In this document: piece by piece, positions 10,598 to 20,986 of the stretch | Layout of the letters: the number at the start of each line of letters is the position of its first letter | Numbering within the stretch: position 1 is the stretch's first letter | Made by a program: the position numbers and the translations under genes | NCBI GenBank assembly: GCA_040217195.1 | Contig: JAVJNR010000003.1 | Span: 160,001 to 224,000, forward strand | DNA from: Leptospiraceae bacterium | Lineage (GTDB): Bacteria; Spirochaetota; Leptospiria; Leptospirales; Leptonemataceae | Length of the DNA: 64,000 bases | Reading direction: 5' to 3' | Notes under the pieces: model-generated | Database searches by the model: none | The model's input: the letters and a program-made list of their open reading frames with translations, nothing else | What the model was told of the DNA's origin: nothing

Positions 10598-11301
10598 ACT
10601 GGAAAGAATTACGTTCCAGGTACCAGGAGATGCAAAGGCTGGCCCGGTACGTTGCAAAACGTTCTGCAGCCGCCGAAACAGTACGCCTTCTATTCGTTTG
10701 CACTCACAATGCCAGAAGAAGTCAGCTGGCCTGCGCCATGGCTCCCTATATCTGGCATCAGCTTGTAACAGAGATGGATTCTGACAAAGAGGCTCAGCGT
10801 ATAGAGTCCTACAGCGGCGGAAGCGAAGTAACAAGAGTTCACCCCAATACGATTCGAGCTTTGATTCGCTCCGGGTATTCATTAATAGAAGGCAGTCCTG
10901 ATGTGCCCTCCAGCGAAGCGGGTTCCAGTCCAACAATTTCAGGATCTGGGTCGGTAACCGTTTCGAAGCATACAGACTTTCAGGATACAGACTCCGACGT
11001 TGTTGGAAATTCCATTTACCGGCTGCAGGATCCCCGGGGACATGAAATGGAGCTATTTTCCAAGCTCCTGGATCATCCGCAAAATCCTGGAAGCCACTTT
11101 GCTGCAATAATGGTTTGCTCCAATGCAGATGAGGCCTGTCCTTTTGTACCCGGCGCCGATGTGCGAATCTCTTTGCCTTTTGAAGACCCGGGCAAATTTG
11201 ATAACACGGAAAGAAGCGCAGAAGCCTATGACAGCGCCATGGAGGCGATCGCCAGAGACCTCTATAGTACGTTTGCTATGGCTCTGGGGAATATAGATTA
11301 A
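10594..11301 (+). CDS. arsC: LMW-PTP family arsenate reductase
   Basis: [12 protein letters not shown]-loop, MVCS..ADEACP, FEDP. ATGA overlap with acr3. Confidence 0.8.
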   Translation: MNWKELRSRYQEMQRLARYVAKRSAAAETVRLLFVCTHNARRSQLACAMAPYIWHQLVTEMDSDKEAQRIESYSGGSEVTRVHPNTIRALIRSGYSLIEGSPDVPSSEAGSSPTISGSGSVTVSKHTDFQDTDSDVVGNSIYRLQDPRGHEMELFSKLLDHPQNPGSHFAAIMVCSNADEACPFVPGADVRISLPFEDPGKFDNTERSAEAYDSAMEAIARDLYSTFAMALGNID

Positions 11302-11312
11302 AGGGATGCAAA

Positions 11313-12497
11313 TCAGTACATATCGAATCTACGAAAGCTGCATTCCAGCGGTCCATTGAACAGGGTAACCTTTTTCGAGGGCTTGAGCCCGATTCGTTTA
11401 AAGGCTTCCAGGTTAGCGCTCAATACCCAGACAGTCCATCCCTTGAATGAGGCTTTCATGATGTCTCCCAGATCCTTATAAAATGCGGCCGCATCTTCCA
11501 GGGACAATCTTTCTCCGTACGGAGGATTTATTATGGCTGTACCTGATTCAGAAAGATCCTGGATAGTCTCCGCCTTTCTGGTCTCGAAGAAAATATCCTG
11601 AGATCCCAGGCCCAGAATCTTTCGGTTGGATTTGGCTATTTCAATGGCCTTTGCAGACCGATCACTTCCACGAATCAAGGCAGTATCAGTCTGTTCTGTG
11701 GCACTATCTGCTCTTGATTTCTGAGCCTCCGTCCATTGTCCTTTCTCCTGAGCCAGAATACTGCGATGGCTTTTTTCAAAATATGTCTTCCAATTTTCAA
11801 AAGCCATCTTTTTGCGAAACACACCTGGCGCCAGGTTTTTTCGGATCATGTAGGCCTCCATGGGAATGGTGCCTGAACCACACATGAAGTCCAGAAAAGG
11901 GTTCTCCCAGTTCGGAGAGGCCAGCTGAACCATTCCAGCCGCCAGCACCTCTGAAATCGGCGCCAGGTCAGATTGAGCCCTGTAGCCCCGACGATGGAGG
12001 GAACCACCAGCCCCATCCAGGGAAATGGTGCAATCCTGTTCATGGATATGTAGATGAATTCGAATGTCCGCTTCCCGGATAGAAACATCCGGTCTCTTTC
12101 CCTGGCCGGATCTAAACTCATCGCACACTGCATCTTTCAGTTTTAATGCAGCATAATGACTGTTGGAAAAGATTCTAGAATGCACCGCAGCGTCCACAGC
12201 GATGCTATTAGAGACAGAAAACCAATCATTCCATGAAATGGACCTACCAAGATCATATAGATCCTGCTGATCTGCAATTCTGGTTGTTGAGAGAATCATC
12301 AGGACTCGAACTGCACTCCTTAATCGAATACAACATCGATAAAGCAGCTCAAAATCACCGGAAAACAATACAGCGCCATGTTGCCGATCCAGATTAGAAG
12401 CTCCCAGATTCTTGAGCTCTTCCATAAGAACTTCTTCCAGACCACGCAAAGTGGTGGCTTTCAAAGAGAGCTTTTGCTTTGGATTTCTGTCTTTCAT
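11313..12497 (-). CDS. THUMP-domain SAM-dependent RNA methyltransferase (RlmL/K N-terminal-like)
   Basis: SLHRRGYR, APISEVLAAG, DFMCGSGT, NPPYGER. Confidence 0.9.
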   Translation of the reverse strand: MKDRNPKQKLSLKATTLRGLEEVLMEELKNLGASNLDRQHGAVLFSGDFELLYRCCIRLRSAVRVLMILSTTRIADQQDLYDLGRSISWNDWFSVSNSIAVDAAVHSRIFSNSHYAALKLKDAVCDEFRSGQGKRPDVSIREADIRIHLHIHEQDCTISLDGAGGSLHRRGYRAQSDLAPISEVLAAGMVQLASPNWENPFLDFMCGSGTIPMEAYMIRKNLAPGVFRKKMAFENWKTYFEKSHRSILAQEKGQWTEAQKSRADSATEQTDTALIRGSDRSAKAIEIAKSNRKILGLGSQDIFFETRKAETIQDLSESGTAIINPPYGERLSLEDAAAFYKDLGDIMKASFKGWTVWVLSANLEAFKRIGLKPSKKVTLFNGPLECSFRRFDMY

Positions 12498-12549
12498 GGA
12501 CCTGGCCGGTGCGGACTTAAATTTAGATTGAACGGTAGCCTGGCCAGCT

Positions 12550-12580
12550 AAAAAGAAAAGGCAGACCTATCAGGTCTGCC
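12550..12580 (-). terminator. Rho-independent terminator of fcpA
   Basis: 9-bp stem GGCAGACCT/AGGTCTGCC (12560-12580) followed on the minus strand by TTTTCTTTTT. Confidence 0.8.
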
Positions 12581-12681
12581 CCATTGCTGTAAGGCCTTTC
12601 GCAGTCGCCTTTGACAGGGAAGAAGCCGGAGGCCATAGCCGACTTCTTCCTACATGTGCAGTCAGGTGCGATACCGCCGAA

Positions 12682-13566
12682 TTAAGGCATTACAGAGATA
12701 ATCTCATCACGGTTTACAAGGTTTACAACATGCTTGTATTCCGCACTGGTCTTACCATACTTCAATTCAGCTGCACGCAGCAGGTGCACATTCTTCTTGT
12801 ATCGGAATCGGAACATCTGGTCTTCTGTGCCCATTCCATACTTCTTGATCATGTTTTCCTGAAAGGCATAGCACTGCGACAGATACTTATGCGCAGGATA
12901 CTCTTTTTCGTTCTCATCAATCTCAAGATAAAGCTCGAGAATTGGGATCGACTGAGGCATGTTGCCCAGGTCATACTGATACATTACCCAGTTACGATAT
13001 ACAGCTGAGATCAATCGTTTGAACGCTTGCTGCTCTCGAAGATTGGGATTGCGAATCTCATCCATGTGGTTGATGGCTCGCGTAAAATAAGTCACCGCTT
13101 CCAGTTTGGCCTTACGCTTCATGCGGTTTATCTTGCGCTCTTCTTGCGCCTTTCGGTCAATTACCTGCCAGTACCATTTTTCGTTCAGGTGCTTGGCTTC
13201 TTCCTGTTGCTTGCGGAATAGCTCCACCTCATCACGCATTTTGATGATGGTATTTACACCAGACTGATACATGGACAGAGCCAGTCTGTATTTATTGTTT
13301 GCAAATGCTTTTGAAAGCTGATGCAACTCGGAGAAAGCTGGATCATAGTCGCGGTAATCCGCATTTTTCCATAATTCTTCCGCTCTCAGATTTCGATCTC
13401 GGATGACTTTTTGCTCATCGGTGAGCTCAGTTTCGTCAACTTCCTCGGATACCAGCTCACCTGGAGTCGGTTCCAGAGGAGTTGGGTTGGCCGGATTTGT
13501 AGGCTCCTCACCATAAACTGAGCTTACTACAAATACCAGGGATAAAAGCAATGCTGCTTTCTTCAT
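12682..13566 (-). CDS. fcpA: flagellar coiling protein A (endoflagellar sheath)
   Basis: Signal peptide, then [40 protein letters not shown] and a C-terminal VNRDEIISV, matching Leptospira FcpA as recalled. Confidence 0.9.
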   Translation of the reverse strand: MKKAALLLSLVFVVSSVYGEEPTNPANPTPLEPTPGELVSEEVDETELTDEQKVIRDRNLRAEELWKNADYRDYDPAFSELHQLSKAFANNKYRLALSMYQSGVNTIIKMRDEVELFRKQQEEAKHLNEKWYWQVIDRKAQEERKINRMKRKAKLEAVTYFTRAINHMDEIRNPNLREQQAFKRLISAVYRNWVMYQYDLGNMPQSIPILELYLEIDENEKEYPAHKYLSQCYAFQENMIKKYGMGTEDQMFRFRYKKNVHLLRAAELKYGKTSAEYKHVVNLVNRDEIISVMP

Positions 13567-13756
13567 ATCTCGCACCTTACCTGTCATTGTTTTTGGATTA
13601 TCTCCTGCCATTGACCTTCTTCCCTTTCCGGGAAATGCCGTACGACCGGATTTTCCTCCGTTCACGGTATTCTATCGGGAGAAAAGGGATTCAAATCAAC
13701 GGTGGCAGATAATTATTTCCAGGGAATTCATTTTTTTCTTTTGCTCATAGGAGGCC

Positions 13757-14686
13757 ATGAAAATCCCCTTTATGTCAGATATGACGGCTTCCAATTCCAG
13801 AAAAAAGCAAGAAAATGGACCAGGCAGTCTGCGCAACCGACTGCAGGCCAATGCTCCCAGGTACGGTGTGGAGGGATGCCCTCAATGCCAGGGACTGGGC
13901 ATTGTTTTTGATGCCCAGGCAGGCAAAACCGGTGCCTATGAACTCTGCAAGTGTAACAAAGACCGATGCCGCTGCGGCGGTGAGGCTCCTTACATGTTTT
14001 TTGATGACACTCAAAATGCCATGGTTCCCTGCCCGGTGCGACCTGCCTATATGGCACTTCAGCGCATAGTGCGACTGACCCGGCGCTCCGGAGTGCCCGC
14101 CAGGTTCCAGAATCGCTTCCTGGACACCCTGGATACCCAGGACCCGGGAATTAGTCTGCTTATAGCTATGGACCATGCTGTGGAGATTATCTATCAGTAC
14201 GGTAAGAGAAATGAGCCCGATGCTCCGGAAATCCAGGGTCTTTATCTCTACGGCTCCACCGGTACAGGCAAAACCCACATTGCCTGCACGATTGTAAATG
14301 AGCTGATCCGTCTGTATCAGGTGGAGGCCCATTATGCCAAGATCAGTCGGGACATTCTAAACAGGATTCGCGAATCCTTCAATACTTCCAGCGAATCCTA
14401 TGGAATGGGAGGTAGAATTGAAAAGGAGCTGGCTTCCTTTGAGGCTCTGGTAATCGACGATTTTGGGGTCCACAGAGAAAGCCCCTGGGTAAACTCTACA
14501 CTCTATGATTTAATCGATAGCCGGTATGAAAAGAATCTGCTCACCATTCTGACATCCAATGAGCCCATGGACTCCTGGAAGGAATTGTTCGGAGGAAGAG
14601 TGTATTCCAGGCTTAAACAGGTATGCATTGAGATCCATCTGGATGGTGAGGATTACCGTCTGAGGGAGAGTCGATCCATTTCATGA
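13757..14686 (+). CDS. DnaC/IstB-like AAA+ ATPase with Cys-rich N-terminus
   Basis: CPQC...CKC...CRC, SGVPARF, GSTGTGKT (Walker A), LVIDDFG (Walker B), LTSN, RVYSRL, GEDYR. Confidence 0.85.
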   Translation: MKIPFMSDMTASNSRKKQENGPGSLRNRLQANAPRYGVEGCPQCQGLGIVFDAQAGKTGAYELCKCNKDRCRCGGEAPYMFFDDTQNAMVPCPVRPAYMALQRIVRLTRRSGVPARFQNRFLDTLDTQDPGISLLIAMDHAVEIIYQYGKRNEPDAPEIQGLYLYGSTGTGKTHIACTIVNELIRLYQVEAHYAKISRDILNRIRESFNTSSESYGMGGRIEKELASFEALVIDDFGVHRESPWVNSTLYDLIDSRYEKNLLTILTSNEPMDSWKELFGGRVYSRLKQVCIEIHLDGEDYRLRESRSIS

Positions 14687-15144
14687 CCGAACACAGACAA
14701 TGGATTCCTTCTTATTTATCCCTGGGGAGTAATATCGAGAATCGTCAGGCCCACATGGCCCATGCTGAATATTTGATTAATCGAAACCCCAAAATCAATA
14801 TCCAGAAGAAAAGCCAGATCCTGGACAATCCTCCCCTGCTCGTGGAGAATCAACCTCCCTTTCTTAACCAGGTCTTTCTGACCGAAACCCAGCTGGGCCC
14901 CTATGAGCTACTGGATACTCTGAAAGATTACGAAAACCAGATAGGTCGCATCAAACGGATTCGCTTTGGTCCCAGAGAAATAGACCTGGATATTCTGAGC
15001 TATGGCCAGCTTCGTCTGGATTCGGACCGATTAACAATTCCCCATCCAGCTCTCAGGGACCGAGAATACCTGCGGATTCTACTTGCGGAATTTGATACAA
15101 CACCGGAGGATCTGCTGAATCAGGCAACAAGGAGCGAGATTTGA
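14683..15144 (+). CDS. folK: 2-amino-4-hydroxy-6-hydroxymethyldihydropteridine diphosphokinase
   Basis: YLSLGSN, FLNQV, RFGPREIDLDIL, LTIPHP. Confidence 0.95.
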   Translation: MTEHRQWIPSYLSLGSNIENRQAHMAHAEYLINRNPKINIQKKSQILDNPPLLVENQPPFLNQVFLTETQLGPYELLDTLKDYENQIGRIKRIRFGPREIDLDILSYGQLRLDSDRLTIPHPALRDREYLRILLAEFDTTPEDLLNQATRSEI

Positions 15145-16751
15145 GAATTCCGGTGCTGGGTAAATTGTTCGGTCGTAAGAAGGAAGGCTATTCTTACAGA
15201 GTCTATAGAAGTATTCATTCTCAGCGCAGAAAGGCCGGGATATTCTATTTTCCTTTTCGCTGGCTTTTCAGGACTGCTGCCAGCATCCAGCACTCAGAAA
15301 TCGATGTCATAGGTCTGGAAAACATTCCGCCAGACGGATCCGTATTACTGGTAGGAAACCATCCCAACTCCTTTCTGGACTATTTCAATCTTCTCACCGT
15401 AGTCAGACATCCCATAGCCACGGCCGCCAAAGATACTCTAACCAGAGTACCGGTGGTCGGCCCTTTGATGAGAGACCATGCTCTATTTATTCCAATTGCC
15501 AGAAAACAGGACCAATCGCTGACGAAAGTCTCCGAAGAAGAACGGAAACAATCCAATGATCAATCCATACAGGTACTTGTGGATCATCTTGTAGATGGTA
15601 GATTGTTCAATATCTACGCTGAGGGACGATCGACGGACTCAAGAAAACTGAATAAGATCAAACTGGGATTCATGTTTGCAGTAATCCAGGCAGAAAAGCA
15701 GTTCAACTTTCGCCTGAACTTGAAGATTGTTCCTTACGGCTACTATTACGATCGAATCAATAAATTCCAGAGCTCAGTTTGTTTGATTTTCGGAAAACCA
15801 TTTCGCATTCGAGACCTGGTAGAATTACCGGAAGATTACATGTCCCAGAGCGATTCCAGAAGAAACGATCTGGAAAAGCGAATTATGGTGGAAGGCAAAC
15901 GTCGCCTGGAAGCGGAAATTAATGATCTGATTATTTCCATTAATGATCTGAGCCTGATAGATATCATAGATGAAGCCACCGCACTTCTAATTCTCACTCC
16001 TGTGAAGTACATGAATTCATTCGGAAATATCAAAGAGAAGTACCGATTGAGCAAGAACCTATCGGACGGATTTCAGAAGGCCGCAAAGACCGATGATGGA
16101 CGAAGCAGACTGGAAACTCTAAAGGATACTATCCGTGCATACCGAAAGAAATTGCAGTCCTCCGGCTTGAGGGATGCGGTAGTGCGAAGAGAAAGATCTA
16201 AATCAGCTCTGGGATTTGGAATTTTGAGTTTGATTCAGGGTATTATTCTTTTGCCTTTGCTAATACCCGGCTACATCACCAGCTTTCTTCCCAGGCGTGT
16301 AGCAGGACTGGCAAGGAAATATATAATCGATATTAAGAAGATGCCCAGAGTGGACGGAGATGAAAAGGCCGTTCTCGGTGCATTCTTCACGTCGATAGTT
16401 AACTATCCAGTGCTTGCCGGGCTTACCTACTGGGCCCTTACACGCTTTGCCTGGCCTCCCCTGGAAAAATGGGCCTCTCAGTGGCCGGAACAAACCTTTC
16501 CAGCAGGAACAATTAGCTATCTACTGAATCAGCATCCTTCGCTGGTAGCCGGTATACTGGCTGTAATTACTTTCTTCTTTTTGATCTGGTTATGGGGATT
16601 TTCCATTCGCCATGGTCGCCGCTTTCGCACGGGTCTTCGATGGTTTGGCGATATGTTAACCTCGGTTATCCGAGAAAAAAAGCTGGAGCCTTTTCGCGAG
16701 ATGAGATACCAGATCATCGATGAGATCGATGGGATTCTGGAAGATTACTGA
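15141..16751 (+). CDS. PlsC-like glycerolipid acyltransferase with C-terminal TM helices
   Basis: GNHPNSFLD (HxxxxD), YAEGRS; hydrophobic C-terminal segments. Confidence 0.85.
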   Translation: MRIPVLGKLFGRKKEGYSYRVYRSIHSQRRKAGIFYFPFRWLFRTAASIQHSEIDVIGLENIPPDGSVLLVGNHPNSFLDYFNLLTVVRHPIATAAKDTLTRVPVVGPLMRDHALFIPIARKQDQSLTKVSEEERKQSNDQSIQVLVDHLVDGRLFNIYAEGRSTDSRKLNKIKLGFMFAVIQAEKQFNFRLNLKIVPYGYYYDRINKFQSSVCLIFGKPFRIRDLVELPEDYMSQSDSRRNDLEKRIMVEGKRRLEAEINDLIISINDLSLIDIIDEATALLILTPVKYMNSFGNIKEKYRLSKNLSDGFQKAAKTDDGRSRLETLKDTIRAYRKKLQSSGLRDAVVRRERSKSALGFGILSLIQGIILLPLLIPGYITSFLPRRVAGLARKYIIDIKKMPRVDGDEKAVLGAFFTSIVNYPVLAGLTYWALTRFAWPPLEKWASQWPEQTFPAGTISYLLNQHPSLVAGILAVITFFFLIWLWGFSIRHGRRFRTGLRWFGDMLTSVIREKKLEPFREMRYQIIDEIDGILEDY

Positions 16752-17092
16752 AAAAAGAAAGGCAGGATACCATTATCCTGCCCGAGGAGTGCTTCGATTC
16801 AATTTTCTGAGAATAAGCGCATTCTATTGTCTGCCTTCGGCTCCACGGACCGGTCCAGGTCACTGTTCCAGGCCTTTCGTATTCCTGCCTAAAGCAAAGC
16901 ATTCGTTTCCGTCGAAGACCGTGGCAACAGCATCCGGAACGCTGAAGTGCAAAGACCTCCCTTCCCGGTCAGGCCTAAAGCCGTCCATCGCAGATAGTCT
17001 GCATAAGAACAGGAACCAAAGTCCTACCTCTATTCCGGGCCATACTCTTTTCTCCCTGCATTGCTGCAGGTGTGGCTGTCCCTCCCCCGAGC

Positions 17093-19777
17093 CTAGGGAA
17101 TCGTAAAGGTCCCTGCATCCGCCGGGCTGAACGGACTGTCCGTCACCCCTCCCGTCCCAGTACTATCGCAATAAAGCCAGCTCTGTCCCCCATCGCCGGA
17201 CACTCGTACCAGAACGGAATAAGTTCCCGAGGGCAGACCATCCAGAGTGTAGAACCATTCATCGTCATTACCTCCGCCCGAATAGGAAGGATTAGGTGCT
17301 CCATCGGCCCAGGTCCATGTAGAATTCCTGGGGTCAGATCCGTCCGCCCCGTAGCCCACCTGAAACTTGAAGTGCGAAGGCATGGTATCGTTGCTGCCAC
17401 TCTGATCGGTGTAAAATTGAACATAGAACTGTCCGTAGACAGCCACCGGAAGAGCACCGTTATGTGTGGTTGGATACTGTAATATGCACCATAAACCATC
17501 TTCAGAAGGCGTAAGAGCATCCAGTACGTCTGCACTCACCTCGCTGGAAAGGTTGCCTTCAACGCTTCCTTCTACCGTGGAAACCGCAAAGTAATAGGTC
17601 GTTCCATTGCTCAATCCGGTTACTGTGTAGGAGCTAGTAGCTGATCCTACCTGAACCTTTGTGCCACTGGACGTCTGACCCGAAGTCGTAGTGTAGTATA
17701 CATAATAGTCTGTGGCACCGCTTACATCCGGCCAGTCCAGGGTAACCTCCCCGCTGTCCACAGAAACTTCAATGGAAGATGGTGCATCCGGTTTGCCCAC
17801 AACTACAGCCTGCGAAGCAAGAGTGGATACGTTACCCACTCCATCCACTGCCCGGACCCTCACTGTATAATCTCCGTCCGGCAAAGCCACGGATCCGGTA
17901 TATTCGGTACCGGTGGTAATTGCAGTACCAGAAAAGGCCGGGGTGCTTCCATCTGTGGTATAGGCGATCTTACTGCATCCGGTGGCTCCAGTACCGGTGT
18001 CGGAGCAGCTTACTGTCAGGTTCACTCCATCGGGAAATGGACCGGCATTGGAAGGGGAAGTAAGAGATACTGAAGGTGAAGTGGCATCCTTTGATACAGA
18101 CCTGGTTGTAGAGCCGTAGTTGCCCAGTAGATTGCTAACACAGATTCGCACAGTGTTACTTCCTTCGCTTAAGTTCGATACTGAGATCTGTGAGGTAGTG
18201 TCCGGGCCGCCTGCAGTGACCGAACCGGTAACATTGCTATTTCCTCCGCCATTGGTGAGGGCTGTTCCAGTACTGCAATCACTGCCACCGATTCGAATCT
18301 GATAGCTACCGTCACGACTACTCTGCCATTCAATCTGAGCCGTTCCAGATCCATTTACCTGACTGTCATGGCTGTTCACCGTAATCGTAGCCAGAGCTGT
18401 ATCCACTGTGTAGGTCTCTGAAGTCACGGTTCCTACATTTCCGGCATTGTCTCTTGCTCTGGCACGGACATAGGTTACTGCATTGTCCGAGGGAGATAAA
18501 GCCGTGGAATACTGACTGCCAGAGGTAACGGTACCGTTGCTGCCATTGATGGCAGGATTGGCCGGTGCACTTCCTTCATTGGTAGCATAGGCAATCTTAT
18601 CGCATCCGGCCGAACCAGTATCCGAACAGGAAAGAGTGACGGATGGAATACTACCATAGGAGCCTCCCCCCGGAGCGGCTGTAACGGATGGAGCCGTATC
18701 ATCTCTCACGATTGTCGCAGTTTGAAAGCCAGTGAGTCCATTTCCAGAATCTACAACGCAGATTCTAAGTGTATGGCTGCCTTCTCCGGACAGGGCACTT
18801 GCATTGACTGTAGTATTTACATTTACCGTCGCTGTAGCTGTGCCAGTATCGATTGTGGTGCCATCTGTACAGTTTGTTGAGTTGATTCGAACCGAATAGC
18901 TTCCGTCTCGATCGGATTGCCAGGCCAGAATAGTGGAATTAATTGCACCGCTGCCTGTGCTCACATAATCGCTTCCAGCACTACCAGAAATGGCCGGTAC
19001 GTTATCATCGATTACGAAGGTTTCGGTTTGTACTACAGAACTATTGCCAGCAGCATCTCTGCACATCGCCCTGAGAGGGTAAGTTCCATTGCCGGCCCCC
19101 CCTACGGTTAAATTCACCGTGGCCGGAGAATTGACGGTGCCATTGGAGGTGGTCGGCATGCTTCCGTCCGTGGTATAAATAATCAGTCCTGGTGCAACAT
19201 CGTCGGTGCAGGTAAGGGTTACGGATTGAGCGGCTCCGTAGGTTCCACCGGAAGGACTAACTCCCATTGTTGGAGCGGTCACATCTGATTGAATATCAGA
19301 TAGAATGGTATCGTTGCTGCTTCCATCTCCATCTGTGTCGATTCCATCGATTGTTCCATCGGAATCTCCATCCAGAAAATCCACTTCGCTACCGGAGCAA
19401 CCCATTCCGGTTGTGACGCTAACTCCGCCCACCAGACAAATATAGTAATCCGGATTTCCATCCCCGTCCATATCGATGGCATCGGCCACGCCATCTCCGT
19501 TTTCATCGATGAGCCATACATCCGGCTCTCCGTCGCCATCCAGATCCAGGGAATCGGGCTGCCCGTTTCCGTCCCGGTCCAGAACTGTGCCATCGGTGGT
19601 ACCATTGCCATCCAGATCCACGGATTGGCCGACCACCAAACTTCCGTTCCCGTCGCCCAGAAGGGCCAGTAGTTCCAGAAGGGTTTCATCTGGCTCTCCA
19701 AAGATCAATGAGCAATGGCTAAATGAGAACAAACTGATAATAATAAAAATCCGGGTTATCTTCCTGGTAGATCTCAT
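17093..19777 (-). CDS. large modular surface lipoprotein (DxDGDG repeats, Ig/Fn3-associated repeats, Fn3, C-terminal domain)
   Basis: Lipobox-like FSFSHC; many DxDGD/NG repeats; three D.TAP...VTL.C.D...Y.TxGS.P modules; Fn3 YTVTGLSNGTTYYF. Confidence 0.85.
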   Translation of the reverse strand: MRSTRKITRIFIIISLFSFSHCSLIFGEPDETLLELLALLGDGNGSLVVGQSVDLDGNGTTDGTVLDRDGNGQPDSLDLDGDGEPDVWLIDENGDGVADAIDMDGDGNPDYYICLVGGVSVTTGMGCSGSEVDFLDGDSDGTIDGIDTDGDGSSNDTILSDIQSDVTAPTMGVSPSGGTYGAAQSVTLTCTDDVAPGLIIYTTDGSMPTTSNGTVNSPATVNLTVGGAGNGTYPLRAMCRDAAGNSSVVQTETFVIDDNVPAISGSAGSDYVSTGSGAINSTILAWQSDRDGSYSVRINSTNCTDGTTIDTGTATATVNVNTTVNASALSGEGSHTLRICVVDSGNGLTGFQTATIVRDDTAPSVTAAPGGGSYGSIPSVTLSCSDTGSAGCDKIAYATNEGSAPANPAINGSNGTVTSGSQYSTALSPSDNAVTYVRARARDNAGNVGTVTSETYTVDTALATITVNSHDSQVNGSGTAQIEWQSSRDGSYQIRIGGSDCSTGTALTNGGGNSNVTGSVTAGGPDTTSQISVSNLSEGSNTVRICVSNLLGNYGSTTRSVSKDATSPSVSLTSPSNAGPFPDGVNLTVSCSDTGTGATGCSKIAYTTDGSTPAFSGTAITTGTEYTGSVALPDGDYTVRVRAVDGVGNVSTLASQAVVVGKPDAPSSIEVSVDSGEVTLDWPDVSGATDYYVYYTTTSGQTSSGTKVQVGSATSSYTVTGLSNGTTYYFAVSTVEGSVEGNLSSEVSADVLDALTPSEDGLWCILQYPTTHNGALPVAVYGQFYVQFYTDQSGSNDTMPSHFKFQVGYGADGSDPRNSTWTWADGAPNPSYSGGGNDDEWFYTLDGLPSGTYSVLVRVSGDGGQSWLYCDSTGTGGVTDSPFSPADAGTFTIP

Positions 19778-20005
19778 GAAACGTTACCTGTATCCGCGGA
19801 GGAAATCCGCTTACTGAATACTACATGGCAGGGAGTACTCCCCAGGACGTACTTTTTTTGCCTTCTACTTTTTTCTGGGAATTTTCAATATGAGCCCGGG
19901 TAAAGGGCCCGAAGGATGGTTTCGTCCGTCCATAGTCGAAAAAAGCATCTATAAAGAAGACAAAATTGAGTTTTCCGGTCTTCCAAATCCGGGAATTATG
20001 GTGGC

Positions 20006-20464
20006 ATGCCCCGTTTTCGAGTTTTTCTGGCTGCCTTTTGTCTGATAATCTGCCAGTCCTTATTTGCAGAATCCCAATCCATTCTATATCTGAAGGATGG
20101 GAGCCGTCTGGTTGGTCTGGTGGAGGCCTGGACCGGGCAGTATTACCTGGTCCGAAGTCCTGCCGGCCATCTTTCCAGGATTGAGTCTCGAAGAATTCAA
20201 TCGGTGGAAAATAAGGCCTTCCCTCGCCTCTGCAACGTTGCACTATCTTCGGATCGGACGATTGAAGTGGAGGTTATGGAGATTACCGAGAAAGGAATTC
20301 TGATCAAGGTACCGCAAGAGGATAAGGCCCGAAAATCACTGTTCCAGTCACTGGAAAAAGAAGAAATGCAGACCAGTACCCTGGAATTGAATTACGATGA
20401 ATTTGACTCTCTGAACCTGTTCGGCGAAAAAAAAGAGTCCGAAAAACCAAACCCGGCCATGTAA
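20006..20464 (+). CDS. exported hypothetical protein
   Basis: Signal peptide ending SLFA; ILYLKDGSRLVG beta-motif; first gene of the ECF operon. Confidence 0.7.
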   Translation: MPRFRVFLAAFCLIICQSLFAESQSILYLKDGSRLVGLVEAWTGQYYLVRSPAGHLSRIESRRIQSVENKAFPRLCNVALSSDRTIEVEVMEITEKGILIKVPQEDKARKSLFQSLEKEEMQTSTLELNYDEFDSLNLFGEKKESEKPNPAM

Positions 20465-20467
20465 TAT

Positions 20468-20986
20468 ATGGAAGGACGGAAGATGCTGCATGAGATCTTT
20501 CAGCGCGAAGCGCCCGCTATGATTCGATTCTTGCAGTTTCGCAGAGGCCACAGCATGGAAGAAGCAGAAGATCTGGTTCAGGAAGCATTTGTTGCTCTCC
20601 ATGCCTATACTCAGAAGAAGAGGCTCGATTCTTTTCATGGCGGGCTTGCCTGGAAGTTTGTTCTGGGAAAAAGCCGGGATGAAAGAAAGAAGAAAAAGCT
20701 GGCTGTTCTGTCCACTCCTCCATCCGAGCAACTAAGTGCTGCATCGAATTCAACGGAAAATGAAATGGAGGAACTGAGAGAAGCTATTGATAGAGCTCTG
20801 CAATCTCTAAAGCCTCCGGCCAGCATCATTCTGGAAATGCGAATTTTTGAAAACCTGGATACCGAAACCATAGCCAGTGCTGTGGATCTGTCTGTGCGAC
20901 AGGTGAATCGAAATCTTGAAAAGGCCAGAAAGATAGTAGCTCAAGAAATGGAGCGATCAGGTCTGAACATGGAGGGATGGAAATGA
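20468..20986 (+). CDS. ECF (FecI-like) RNA polymerase sigma factor
   Basis: EAEDLVQEAF (region 2); region 4 HTH ETIASAVDLSVRQVNRNLEKAR. Confidence 0.88.
   Translation: MEGRKMLHEIFQREAPAMIRFLQFRRGHSMEEAEDLVQEAFVALHAYTQKKRLDSFHGGLAWKFVLGKSRDERKKKKLAVLSTPPSEQLSAASNSTENEMEELREAIDRALQSLKPPASIILEMRIFENLDTETIASAVDLSVRQVNRNLEKARKIVAQEMERSGLNMEGWK

Noticed and set aside
13660..13705. Sigma28-like promoter for fcpA (CCCGATAG on the minus strand)
   Set aside because: No well-spaced TAAA -35 element; too weak to call.
13757..14686. IS21 element or prophage replication module suggested by the IstB/DnaC-like ATPase
   Set aside because: No IstA transposase, terminal repeats or phage genes; the gene is coupled to folK.
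16720..17535. ORFs of 128-136 aa at 16720, 17072 and 17143
   Set aside because: Antisense or alternate-frame shadows and intergenic ORFs with no protein-like motifs; the same applies to most short ORFs in the track.
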